Shown here: positions 1 to 7,380 of the stretch, one piece after another
Numbering within the stretch: the first letter of the stretch is position 1
Layout: each line of letters starts with the position of its first letter
From: Microgenomates group bacterium Gr01-1014_7
Lineage (GTDB): Bacteria; Patescibacteriota; Microgenomatia; Daviesbacterales; UBA10151
Assembly (NCBI GenBank): GCA_007376405.1
Contig: VMGD01000002.1
Coordinates: 8,159 to 72,158 of the forward strand
DNA length: 64,000 bases
Direction of reading: 5' to 3'
The notes under the pieces: model-generated
Told to the model about the DNA's origin: nothing
The model's input: the letters and a program-made list of their open reading frames with translations, nothing else
The model's database searches: none
Position numbers and translations under genes: made by a program

Positions 1-2
1 GG

Positions 3-1196
3 GGCGATGTGACAGCCCTAATTGGCTCAAAAACCTTTGACAGAACTCCGGAAGGTGACCGGACTTTCTATAATTTTGGGCCACTGACAGTTGCACTAAC
101 TGGTTGTCAAAACTCTCTAGAGATGGAAGAAGTTGTTAGATCAGGAAGAGAAATGGCAGGTAAACTATTTATTCCTGATGAGTTAAACAAATTTGATCAA
201 GATGCTCTGTTTGGTGCTCTAAAGATTGCAGCCACTCTTAGGCCAGGTGAATTTTTTAACTTTAAAGAATTACCAGGAGTTAGGTTACGGATGGCAAAGA
301 AAGGTGTTGCAATTGTCGCTACCATGAATCCTGCTACTGCCAGGTATGAGAGAAAAGTACTTGATCCGGCGTTAGATAGATTATTTTATGATGGCAAAAA
401 GAGAATAGACTACCCGCCAATGACTCCTCAAGACCCGGAGCTTTATGAAATATTCTTGGGTATTTTAATGGATGATAACGGCAGAATTAGAATACCTAGA
501 GAAGATCTGGTACCAGCAAGAATAGAATATAAAGTTTCGGCAGCAGGGTTAATTAAACAGGTAATTGATCCTGAAGTTGCTCATCATGGGGCGCTTTATC
601 GTTTTTCTCTGGCTGCAGCCGAAATCCATAAAAGCTTTAGTCAAAAAGATAGTGTGGCTAAGACTGCAACCGACCCAGGATTTTTAGAAAAGACAGTTTT
701 GGAGATGGAGGTTTTAGTTAACTGGATGGAAGGGTACTCTACAGAAATAGAAGGTGGAGTTTCATTGCCAACTTATATAGGAAAAAAACTTCATGATTTT
801 TATACTAATATAGACAGCCAAAATGATAAAGTTATATTTGAGCGGGTATTTAGGCATTTTGGCTTTGATATCCAAAGTCCAAGAGAAATGGCAAAAGCTC
901 CTTATAGAGCTTTAACTCCTGTTGAAATTGGCTACTTAACTCCCAAGTCACCAAGAGAAGTCAGAAAAGAAGGTGATGAGGTAACTCCTTCATCAAAAAT
1001 CTACATTGACCCTCAGACCGGAGAAGAAATAAACTACCTCCCGGTAGATTTGGAAACAGAAGATGAACCATTACCTCCGGAAACTGTTTTTGAGTGGGAA
1101 GATGGCAGACAATACATGTATCTGGGCCAAAAAGTAGAAGGTGGAGAACCACTATATATACCAATGATGGTAGAATCTGATAAACAAACAACATAA
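3..1196 (+). CDS. MoxR/AAA_5-like AAA+ ATPase, 5'-partial
   Basis: Frame is open to the window edge. Walker B-like LFIPDELNK, sensor-1 IVATMNP, and LDPALDRLF typical of MoxR/dynein-related AAA proteins. Confidence 0.7.
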   Translation, partial: GDVTALIGSKTFDRTPEGDRTFYNFGPLTVALTGCQNSLEMEEVVRSGREMAGKLFIPDELNKFDQDALFGALKIAATLRPGEFFNFKELPGVRLRMAKKGVAIVATMNPATARYERKVLDPALDRLFYDGKKRIDYPPMTPQDPELYEIFLGILMDDNGRIRIPREDLVPARIEYKVSAAGLIKQVIDPEVAHHGALYRFSLAAAEIHKSFSQKDSVAKTATDPGFLEKTVLEMEVLVNWMEGYSTEIEGGVSLPTYIGKKLHDFYTNIDSQNDKVIFERVFRHFGFDIQSPREMAKAPYRALTPVEIGYLTPKSPREVRKEGDEVTPSSKIYIDPQTGEEINYLPVDLETEDEPLPPETVFEWEDGRQYMYLGQKVEGGEPLYIPMMVESDKQTT

Positions 1197-1206
1197 GGAT
1201 AAAATT

Positions 1207-2037
1207 ATGCCAACTGAAACACTACCATTTGATCCCAACCAAGTACCTAAATTACTAAAAGAGGGTAGGATAAAAGTAGTCAGGAGCCCTCAAGTTACGT
1301 CTTCAGAAAGGGCAGTTTCTACTGATAGGATGACAGAGAGGGCAAAAGATATTTTAGGAAAGGATTTTCTGGGTGTAGAGGCCGTCAGAAATATGGAGGC
1401 AAAACTTAAAGGTGTAGGACAAGCAGTCGAATTTGATACTGCCGCTCTCCCGCCAATCCCTTATACGGAAAAAGACCTTGAGCTAGCCCGTCAACATGGA
1501 GAAATGCTTGTTCTGCGGGTGGGATTAATGCGTTTAGGCGGAAGGGAAGTTCCGCTATCACTTATAAATTTTAGGGAACTATTTAGAACTGATCCACTAA
1601 ATAAGTTATCAACGCCTTACTTCGCATTTAGAAGCGATGCTAATGATTGGTATAAAGATCAGCCTTTTGCAACTAAGGGTGGTGAAATTGGCTTATCTTG
1701 GGCTTTGGTAGCAAAAAACATACTACCAGGCTCAAATAGTAAGACTTTGAACCAACAGGCTCGTGTAATGGAGACTTATGCAACCAATTTACAAAGCCAA
1801 GGTGCAAGTAGAACTGAATTTAGAAGAAGAACTGCCACAGAAGCTGCTTATGATACTTTGTTATATTATGTCAACAATGGTGAGCAATTACTTTCAGATA
1901 AATATGACTGGACTCAAACGCGCACGTCCGACGGCCGCCTCGTCCTTGTTGGGTACTTTGACTCGGGCGGTCTGGGCGTGGACTACTGGGATCCGACGCT
2001 TCAGTATCCGAACATCGGTGTGTGTCTTTCCCGGTAG
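1207..2037 (+). CDS. DGR target protein with C-terminal variable region (predicted C-type-lectin-fold end)
   Basis: Last 39 codons are the VR and match the TR at 3781-3897. Ends YDWTQTRTSDG...VGYF...IGVCLSR, a CLec-type DGR target C-terminus. Confidence 0.9.
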   Translation: MPTETLPFDPNQVPKLLKEGRIKVVRSPQVTSSERAVSTDRMTERAKDILGKDFLGVEAVRNMEAKLKGVGQAVEFDTAALPPIPYTEKDLELARQHGEMLVLRVGLMRLGGREVPLSLINFRELFRTDPLNKLSTPYFAFRSDANDWYKDQPFATKGGEIGLSWALVAKNILPGSNSKTLNQQARVMETYATNLQSQGASRTEFRRRTATEAAYDTLLYYVNNGEQLLSDKYDWTQTRTSDGRLVLVGYFDSGGLGVDYWDPTLQYPNIGVCLSR

Positions 2038-2040
2038 TTT
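1921..2040 (+). repeat. DGR variable repeat (VR) including IMH
   Basis: Ungapped 120-nt alignment to 3781-3900 with 19 mismatches, 18 of them opposite TR adenines. Confidence 0.95.
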
Positions 2041-2074
2041 TAGGTACTTGAATTCTTGATTCCTTAGTACTTGT

Positions 2075-2091
2075 ACCCCGCGGCGCGGGGT
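2075..2091 (+). other. GC-rich hairpin downstream of VR/IMH (DGR target-recognition hairpin)
   Basis: ACCCCGC-GGC-GCGGGGT: 7-bp stem, 3-nt loop, about 37 nt after the target stop codon. Confidence 0.75.
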
Positions 2092-2109
2092 CAAGGCAAA
2101 TTTTACAAA

Positions 2110-3162
2110 TTACTCTGTTAACCAATACCAAATCAAATTTTCCAGTTCTTTTCGGAATCTGTAAGCATTGGCATGGGTAAGATAGCCAAAATAGGATTGA
2201 ATGGTTTGGTTTAAACTATCTTCAGTGATTTTGCCGGATTTAAACTCATTAATTTTTGCTTTAATTTTTCTAAGCAGCCTTCTTTTAGTTTTTGTTCTTG
2301 GTAGAATATGATTGGGAAATATAATGTAACCTAAAAAATCTATTCCGCTTCCGAATTTCCCAAAAATAATTTTATCCGGATGAACCTGTAAAGCTAATCT
2401 TTCATTTAAAAATCTTTCAATGTGAGGAATTAAGCTCTCTAAATATAACTTATCTTGAGAAAGGATCACAAAATCATCAGCGTATCGAAGATAATATTTT
2501 ACCTTTAGCTTATGCTTCACAAATTGGTCAAGTTCGTTCATATAAATATTGGAGAAAAATTGGGATGTCAGATTACCAATAGGTATACCCTTTTTGTCTG
2601 TAAGATCAACTGTTCTGTCGGAATAAAAACTATCAATTATTTTCCAAAGAAGGTTAAGAAAATCTTGATCTTTAATTTTCCTGGAAAATATTTCAAAAAG
2701 AATTTTATGGTTTACTGATGGAAAAAACTTCTTTATATCCAGTTTTACTGACCAGCAAGTACGTTTATTATTTCTACTTACCCTCAGGGCCATTTTTTGT
2801 AAGGCGAATATTCCTTTATGTGTACCCTTATTTTTTCGACAAGAATAGGAGTGAGAAATAAAAGTAGGCTCAAAAATTGGCTCAAGCTCATTGCTGACTA
2901 TATGGTGAACTATTCTATCTATAACAGTGGTCTTATGAATTAAGCGTAGCTTTGGATCCCGAACATAAAAACTGCTATATGTACCCGGATGATATGTCTT
3001 CTCCTGAAGAAGCTTACAAAGATTGGCAAAATTTTCCGGGAAATTTTTCATAAAAAGCTTAACATCTTTCTTTTTCTTCTTACCGACTAAAAACTCTCTC
3101 CAACCACGAAAAATATTTTCCTTTGTGGTAAGATTGCTGTAGATATTATGGTAGATTTTCAT
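2110..3162 (-). CDS. DGR reverse transcriptase
   Basis: GIPIGNLTSQFFSNIY and YLRYADDF motifs, DRIVHH, KLDIKKFFPSVNH, GIDFLGY; adjacent to TR, VR and avd. Confidence 0.95.
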   Translation of the reverse strand: MKIYHNIYSNLTTKENIFRGWREFLVGKKKKKDVKLFMKNFPENFANLCKLLQEKTYHPGTYSSFYVRDPKLRLIHKTTVIDRIVHHIVSNELEPIFEPTFISHSYSCRKNKGTHKGIFALQKMALRVSRNNKRTCWSVKLDIKKFFPSVNHKILFEIFSRKIKDQDFLNLLWKIIDSFYSDRTVDLTDKKGIPIGNLTSQFFSNIYMNELDQFVKHKLKVKYYLRYADDFVILSQDKLYLESLIPHIERFLNERLALQVHPDKIIFGKFGSGIDFLGYIIFPNHILPRTKTKRRLLRKIKAKINEFKSGKITEDSLNQTIQSYFGYLTHANAYRFRKELENLIWYWLTE

Positions 3163-3510
3163 TCACCCTGGCAGGATATACCCTTATTTAATAAAACTTA
3201 CGAGCTCTATAAAACTTTCTACGAATACCTATTGTTGTTCCCCCGAAAAAATAGATATACCATTGGACAAAAATGTGAAACAATCTTACTTGAAACATTA
3301 GAAGCGATTATTCTGGCCAGTAACCTCTCTAAACAAGAAAAATTACCGGTTCTAAAAAAGGCCAGCATGAAGTTGGATGTAGTGAGAGTGTTCTTTAAAC
3401 TGGCTAAGGATATAAAAGTTTTAGAAAATAAAAAATACCAAGTACTTGAATCCCAAACTACAGAAATAGGTAAGATGTTAGGTGGGTGGATTAAAGCTTC
3501 TCAAATTTAA
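3148..3510 (+). CDS. avd: DGR accessory variability determinant (Avd-like four-helix bundle)
   Basis: 120 aa basic helical protein with FPRKNRYTIGQK and EIGKMLGGWIK motifs, between RT and TR. Confidence 0.88.
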   Translation: MVDFHSPWQDIPLFNKTYELYKTFYEYLLLFPRKNRYTIGQKCETILLETLEAIILASNLSKQEKLPVLKKASMKLDVVRVFFKLAKDIKVLENKKYQVLESQTTEIGKMLGGWIKASQI

Positions 3511-3780
3511 ATACAGTATTTTAATCTTTAGAATTTTATGATAATCTGTTTATGGAAGGTTAAAAATCTTCCCTTCTTTTGTAGGTCCCAGAATTCTAAT
3601 TAGCACGTCTAATTAGGAGCGCGGCCAAAAAGAAGTAATGAAACTACTTGCTCTTTTCTGGCGCAGATTCTTTAGAGCTTCAGCTCGCAAGCTGTGCTTA
3701 ATTGATACTGCCGAAAAAATATACAGAGAAGATACATTTGATAAATTCTCAGTGATCAGAGGGAAAAGGGCAATGGAAAG

Positions 3781-3900
3781 CGCACGTCCGACGACAACCT
3801 CGTCAATGTTGGGAACTTTGACTCGAACGGACTGAACGTGAACAACTGGAATCCGACGAATCAGAATCCGAACATCGGTGTGTGTCTTTCCCGACAGTTT
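3781..3900 (+). repeat. DGR template repeat (TR) including IMH*
   Basis: Adenine-rich copy of the VR with 11 AAC/AAT codons in the target frame; non-coding position downstream of avd. Confidence 0.95.
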
Positions 3901-3908
3901 CAACCTAA

Positions 3909-3945
3909 AAAGAAGCTCTCTTGGTTAAGGGAGCTTCTTTATTTT
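3909..3945 (+). terminator. Hairpin immediately 3' of TR (terminator or DGR-RNA spacer structure)
   Basis: AAAGAAGCTC-T-CTT-ggtt-AAG-G-GAGCTTCTTT stem followed by ATTTT. Confidence 0.55.
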
Positions 3946-4325
3946 AAAAGTTACTCAAAAAGAATAATATAGACTGCAAAGACAAGAAAATAAAACTCGC
4001 GAAAATTTTTCCAGCTCAAAAGGAATTTAACAAAATTAATGAAGTGAAACGAAGTAAAAAGTGAAAAGCAGCGCTAATTCCCCTTTTTTGTAACTCCGAT
4101 TCAATTATAGTAGCGATCCCGCCGAAGGCGGGAGAGCGAAGCGATACAATGCGTTGATGGAAAATTTAAAGTACCTTTTTCTTAATCTCACTTGCGATGT
4201 TTATATTATTAATATTGTTTCATAATTTATATTCCCCGCTGTGGCGGGGAAACTCTGGCAAAAAGCGAAAGGAATTTGAATTTTTGCTACTTGTTTTTTC
4301 TGCCGGCAGTTTGTAATATTGTAGA

Positions 4326-4464
4326 TGTAGTCAAACTTTCCCATTCGGCTTTTTAATGGGCATCTTGGGCAAATCCGAATGGGTTTGACTACACCAAGGT
4401 GCCCTTTAAAGTGGAGAAATGGTGAAGTTGGAATAAATCCAACTTCACACCTTATCCCACTTTA
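4326..4464 (+). ncRNA. Candidate structured cis-RNA (or recombination site) in the recombinase leader
   Basis: Interlocking inverted repeats: 4326-4336/4383-4393, 4341-4348/4375-4382, 4358-4368/4394-4404, 4422-4432/4438-4448, 4407-4414/4457-4464. Confidence 0.45.
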
Positions 4465-4475
4465 CCTATTAAATT

Positions 4476-6041
4476 ATGGAACAAACTGCCTTTAACAGTA
4501 ATAATTCGCAAAAATTCTTTTTATATGCTCGCAAGTCTACAGATGTAGAAGATAAACAAATGCGGTCTATTCCGGATCAACTGTTAGAACTAAGGGAATA
4601 TGCCAAGCGTGAAGGATTATATATTGTTGAAGAGCTAACAGAGGCTAAAACTGCTAAGGCTCCGGGTAGAGTGGTTTTTAATAGTATGCTTTCTAGAATA
4701 GAGAATGGTGAAGCGGAAGGTATTGTAGCTTGGCATCCGGATAGACTTGCTCGTAACAGTATAGATGGTGGGAAAATTATTTACCTTCTTGACCTTGGGA
4801 AACTTAAAAACTTAAAGTTTCCCCAACATTGGTTTGAAAATACTCCTCAAGGTAAATTTTCCCTTAATATGGCTTTTTGCCAAAGTAAATACTTCGTGGA
4901 CTCGCTTTCAGAAAATACCAAAAGAGGAATCCGCCAAAAAGTTAAAAGGGGTGAAATGCCAGGACTTGCACCAGTAGGTTATTTAAACATAATGACTAAT
5001 AACAGGAAAATTATAGTCATTGATAAAAAGCGTGCTCTTATTATAAGACAAGCTTTTGAAATGTTTGCTACGGCTAAATATCGTATTCAAGATATTTGCA
5101 ACTTTCTGGCTGAAAATGGCATGGCAAAGGCCAGTGGTAAGCTTTGGAAGAGCGATCGGGTAAGTAAGCAGATACTTTCCAATCCTTTCTATTACGGCCA
5201 TTTTAAATATATGGGCGAGATCCACGAAGGGGTTCATCAGCCAATCATTACAAAGAAACTGTGGGACGCAGTCCAAATCGTGTGGAGGAAGCGAAGTCAT
5301 TCCTGGAAAGAGATGAGACCACAAAAACCTTTAACAGGACTTTTTCGTTGTGGTGAGTGTGGTATGATGATTACCGCCGAACTCCAAAAAGGCTACATAT
5401 ATTATCGTTGTACGAAAAAGTCTAAGGTAAGATCCTGTTCTCAGTTATATATTCGGGAAGAAGAGTTAGATCGACAATTATCAGATCAAATAGCCACAGT
5501 TTCTTTGAGGCAGGATTGGGCAGATAAAATGTTGGCTAAGTTATCGATAGAGGAAAAAAATGTAGCCCAATCCTGTGATATGTTTGTTGGAGAAAAGCAA
5601 GCAGAGATTAAATCTATCAATGAAAAACTCCAAAGACTCCTTGATTCTTATTTAGAGCAAGACATCGAGCGTGAGGATTACCTTGTTAAAAAAGCAGATT
5701 TGCTTGCTTTAAAGAAAAAATTAGAGGAACAAATTTTATCTTTCCAACAAACCAAAAATGCTTGGCTCGAACCAATGAAACAATGGATAGTGGAAGCCGC
5801 CGCGGCGGCTAATATCGCAAGAAGTAAAGACTTAAATGCAAAAAAGGTACTTGCTCAAAAAATCTTCGGCTCGAACCCCACACTAAAAGACAGAAAGGTA
5901 TATTGCAACGCTCTAAACATATGGTCCGCCCTACGGGCGGACCCGCCAACTCGGGACTCGGAGCCGACAGCGGGAATTGAACCCGCGACCCCGTTCTTAC
6001 CAAGAACGTGCTCTACCACTGAGCCATGTCGGCAGAAATGA
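4476..6041 (+). CDS. Large serine recombinase (resolvase + recombinase + Zn-ribbon + coiled coil)
   Basis: LYARKST catalytic Ser motif, HPDRLARN, CGECG...YYRC Zn ribbon, 521 aa. Confidence 0.92.
   Translation: MEQTAFNSNNSQKFFLYARKSTDVEDKQMRSIPDQLLELREYAKREGLYIVEELTEAKTAKAPGRVVFNSMLSRIENGEAEGIVAWHPDRLARNSIDGGKIIYLLDLGKLKNLKFPQHWFENTPQGKFSLNMAFCQSKYFVDSLSENTKRGIRQKVKRGEMPGLAPVGYLNIMTNNRKIIVIDKKRALIIRQAFEMFATAKYRIQDICNFLAENGMAKASGKLWKSDRVSKQILSNPFYYGHFKYMGEIHEGVHQPIITKKLWDAVQIVWRKRSHSWKEMRPQKPLTGLFRCGECGMMITAELQKGYIYYRCTKKSKVRSCSQLYIREEELDRQLSDQIATVSLRQDWADKMLAKLSIEEKNVAQSCDMFVGEKQAEIKSINEKLQRLLDSYLEQDIEREDYLVKKADLLALKKKLEEQILSFQQTKNAWLEPMKQWIVEAAAAANIARSKDLNAKKVLAQKIFGSNPTLKDRKVYCNALNIWSALRADPPTRDSEPTAGIEPATPFLPRTCSTTEPCRQK
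5962..6033 (-). tRNA. tRNA-Thr(GGT)
   Basis: Minus strand GCCGACA-TGGCTCAGTGGTAGAGC-A-CGTTC-TTGGTAA-GAACG...GGTTCAATTCC...TGTCGGC-T cloverleaf. Confidence 0.95.
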
Positions 6042-6112
6042 GCCTCCTGGCAGAATCGGACTGCCGTCATATGTTTACAAAACATACGCACTAACCACTG
6101 TGCTAAGGAGGC
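6041..6112 (-). tRNA. tRNA-Thr(TGT)
   Basis: Minus strand GCCTCCT...TATGT-TTTGTAA-ACATA...GGCAG-TCCGATT-CTGCC-AGGAGGC-T; all stems pair, T-loop atypical. Confidence 0.88.
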
Positions 6113-6169
6113 GTAGAATATATTCTACCAGTTTTCAGTTATCAGTTTCTAGTTTACAATGAATTTATA

Positions 6170-6406
6170 GTGACTCAATTATCAAACAAGTATCCTTTGG
6201 AAGAAAGAACAGCAAAATTTGGTGAAGATATTATTAAGTTTTGTAGAGTCTTAAAAGTAGATACAATATCCTTACCTCTTATAAGCCAACTTGTAAGGTC
6301 AGCAACTAGTATAGGAGCAAATTATATGGAAGCTAATGCAGCAAGTTCAAGAAATGACCTTGATATGCCAAAAGATTACTTCAACATTAAGAGGGAAATA
6401 GTTTAA
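6170..6406 (+). pseudogene. Four-helix-bundle (23S rRNA-IVP/Avd-like family) gene with internal deletion and frameshift
   Basis: LEERTAKF...QLVRSATSIGANYMEAN N-half. The expected last helix (TLICQKITSTL) continues in another frame right after SSRN. Confidence 0.65.
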
Positions 6407-6475
6407 TTACTCAGTAATTGATAACTGAGAACTTATTGAAAATTGAAAAATGTAAACTAAAAATTAAATAAGTAC

Positions 6476-6627
6476 TCCCTACTATAGTCGTTAAGCCAAT
6501 TATTTTCCCCCTAAATTGAGGTGGGTGTCCTGGTCCGATAGAGATACTCTCATCGGACACTTCGAACTCCCTTAAAGTAACAAATATCGAAGAAAAAACT
6601 TTGGCTTTTAAACGTGCAAAGCAGGGA
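6476..6627 (-). ncRNA. ssrS: 6S RNA (SsrS) candidate
   Basis: Minus strand folds into a rod: TCCCTGCT/AGTAGGGA, CGTT/AACG, AAGCCAA/TTGGCTT, central bubble, GTGTCC...GGACACCCACCT apical arm. Upstream sigma70-like promoter. Confidence 0.6.
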
Positions 6628-6683
6628 TCAGGCAGAGCCTGGGTCCCTTAGGCCATCTACTAAATGTCCTTTAGGATAATTTA

Positions 6684-6713
6684 ACAGTAGCACTAAAATA
6701 AATCTCTTGTCAA
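6684..6713 (-). promoter_or_regulatory. Sigma70-like promoter for the 6S RNA candidate
   Basis: TTGACA (6713-6708), 18 nt, TACTGT preceded by TGC (extended -10). Confidence 0.5.
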
Positions 6714-6761
6714 GGGGTTAAAACTTGACAAAAGATTATGTGTATGCTAATGTGTATGTGT

Positions 6762-7004
6762 ATGTTAAACAGAAGAACAAATTTCCTTTTAAATAAGGAT
6801 GTATTGGATAAGTTGGTTAAACTTTCCCGGACTCGCAATATTTCTATGGCAGAGGTTGTTAGAAGAGCAGTAGAAAAAGAGTATGAGGAGGAAAAAGAGC
6901 TGGAAACAAGAAAGAAAGCAATAGATGCGACCCTAATGGGAAGATTAATGTCTAAAGGTAAAATTGATTACAAAGAGCTGATTAATTATGGCCGCAAATA
7001 TTAA
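6762..7004 (+). CDS. Ribbon-helix-helix (CopG-like) antitoxin
   Basis: RTNFLL...SMAEVVRRAVE; overlaps downstream PIN gene. Start chosen after a TTGACA-17-TAATGT promoter. Confidence 0.75.
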   Translation: MLNRRTNFLLNKDVLDKLVKLSRTRNISMAEVVRRAVEKEYEEEKELETRKKAIDATLMGRLMSKGKIDYKELINYGRKY

Positions 7005-7380
7005 AAAATACATTGTAGATGCTTCTTTTGTTCTTTCCTTTTTACTTCCCGATGAAAATCACCAAGAGGCAGATTTGTTTTTTAATCAATATAAAGCCGG
7101 CATCATTAATTTTTTATCTACACCGTTGTTGCCTTTTGAGGTGGTAAATGGATTAAAGTTAGCAGTTATTAGAAAAAGGATCAGTTCAAAATACGCAAAA
7201 GAACGAATGAAAGAATTTTTTAATTATCAAATCAGACTTGTGGGCACAGATTTTTTTGAAGTTTTTGACTTGGCCCAGAAGAATAATTTAACTGTTTATG
7301 ATGCATGCTATTTATATCTGTCGAGGATTAAAAAGGCCCAGCTTCTAACATCCGATGAAGCTCTCCAAAAATTAATTTAA
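6988..7380 (+). CDS. PIN-domain (VapC-like) toxin
   Basis: YIVDASF...E...VYDACY...LLTSD PIN acidic motifs. Confidence 0.88.
   Translation: MAANIKKYIVDASFVLSFLLPDENHQEADLFFNQYKAGIINFLSTPLLPFEVVNGLKLAVIRKRISSKYAKERMKEFFNYQIRLVGTDFFEVFDLAQKNNLTVYDACYLYLSRIKKAQLLTSDEALQKLI

Larger units (their letters stand above)
1..5961. mobile_element. Putative integrative island carrying a DGR; right boundary at the tRNA-Thr(GGT) 3' end, left boundary outside the window
   Basis: Large serine recombinase abutting and overlapping a tRNA 3' end, with accessory cargo (DGR, AAA ATPase). No second att copy is visible in the window. Confidence 0.5.

Noticed and set aside
2110-3162. Group II intron or retron interpretation of the RT
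   Set aside because: No maturase/endonuclease extension; GNLTSQ motif, avd and a TR/VR pair identify a DGR.
3638-3835. 65-aa plus-strand ORF running into the TR
   Set aside because: Not in the target frame and has no motif; the region is better explained as DGR RNA leader.
3613-3903. 96-aa minus-strand ORF (and the similar 1894-2094 and 1871-2131 ORFs)
   Set aside because: They are antisense readings of the TR and VR; their similarity comes from the repeat, not from protein coding.
5764-5879. Two GGCTCGAACC copies in the recombinase resembling antisense tRNA T-loops
   Set aside because: Only 10 bp, inside coding sequence, and not matching the adjacent tRNAs; insufficient for an att call.
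1-6041. Prophage call for the island
   Set aside because: No structural, terminase or replication genes are visible in the window; only 'integrative island' is supportable.
5809-6162. Small ORFs 5809-6003, 5855-6091 and 5977-6162
   Set aside because: They overlap the tRNA genes and recombinase end; shadow ORFs.
6580-6620. tmRNA tag-like reading (…ACAAATATCGAAGAAAAAACTTTGGCT…)
   Set aside because: No tRNA-like ends and no properly terminated tag; the opposite-strand rod fold fits 6S RNA better.
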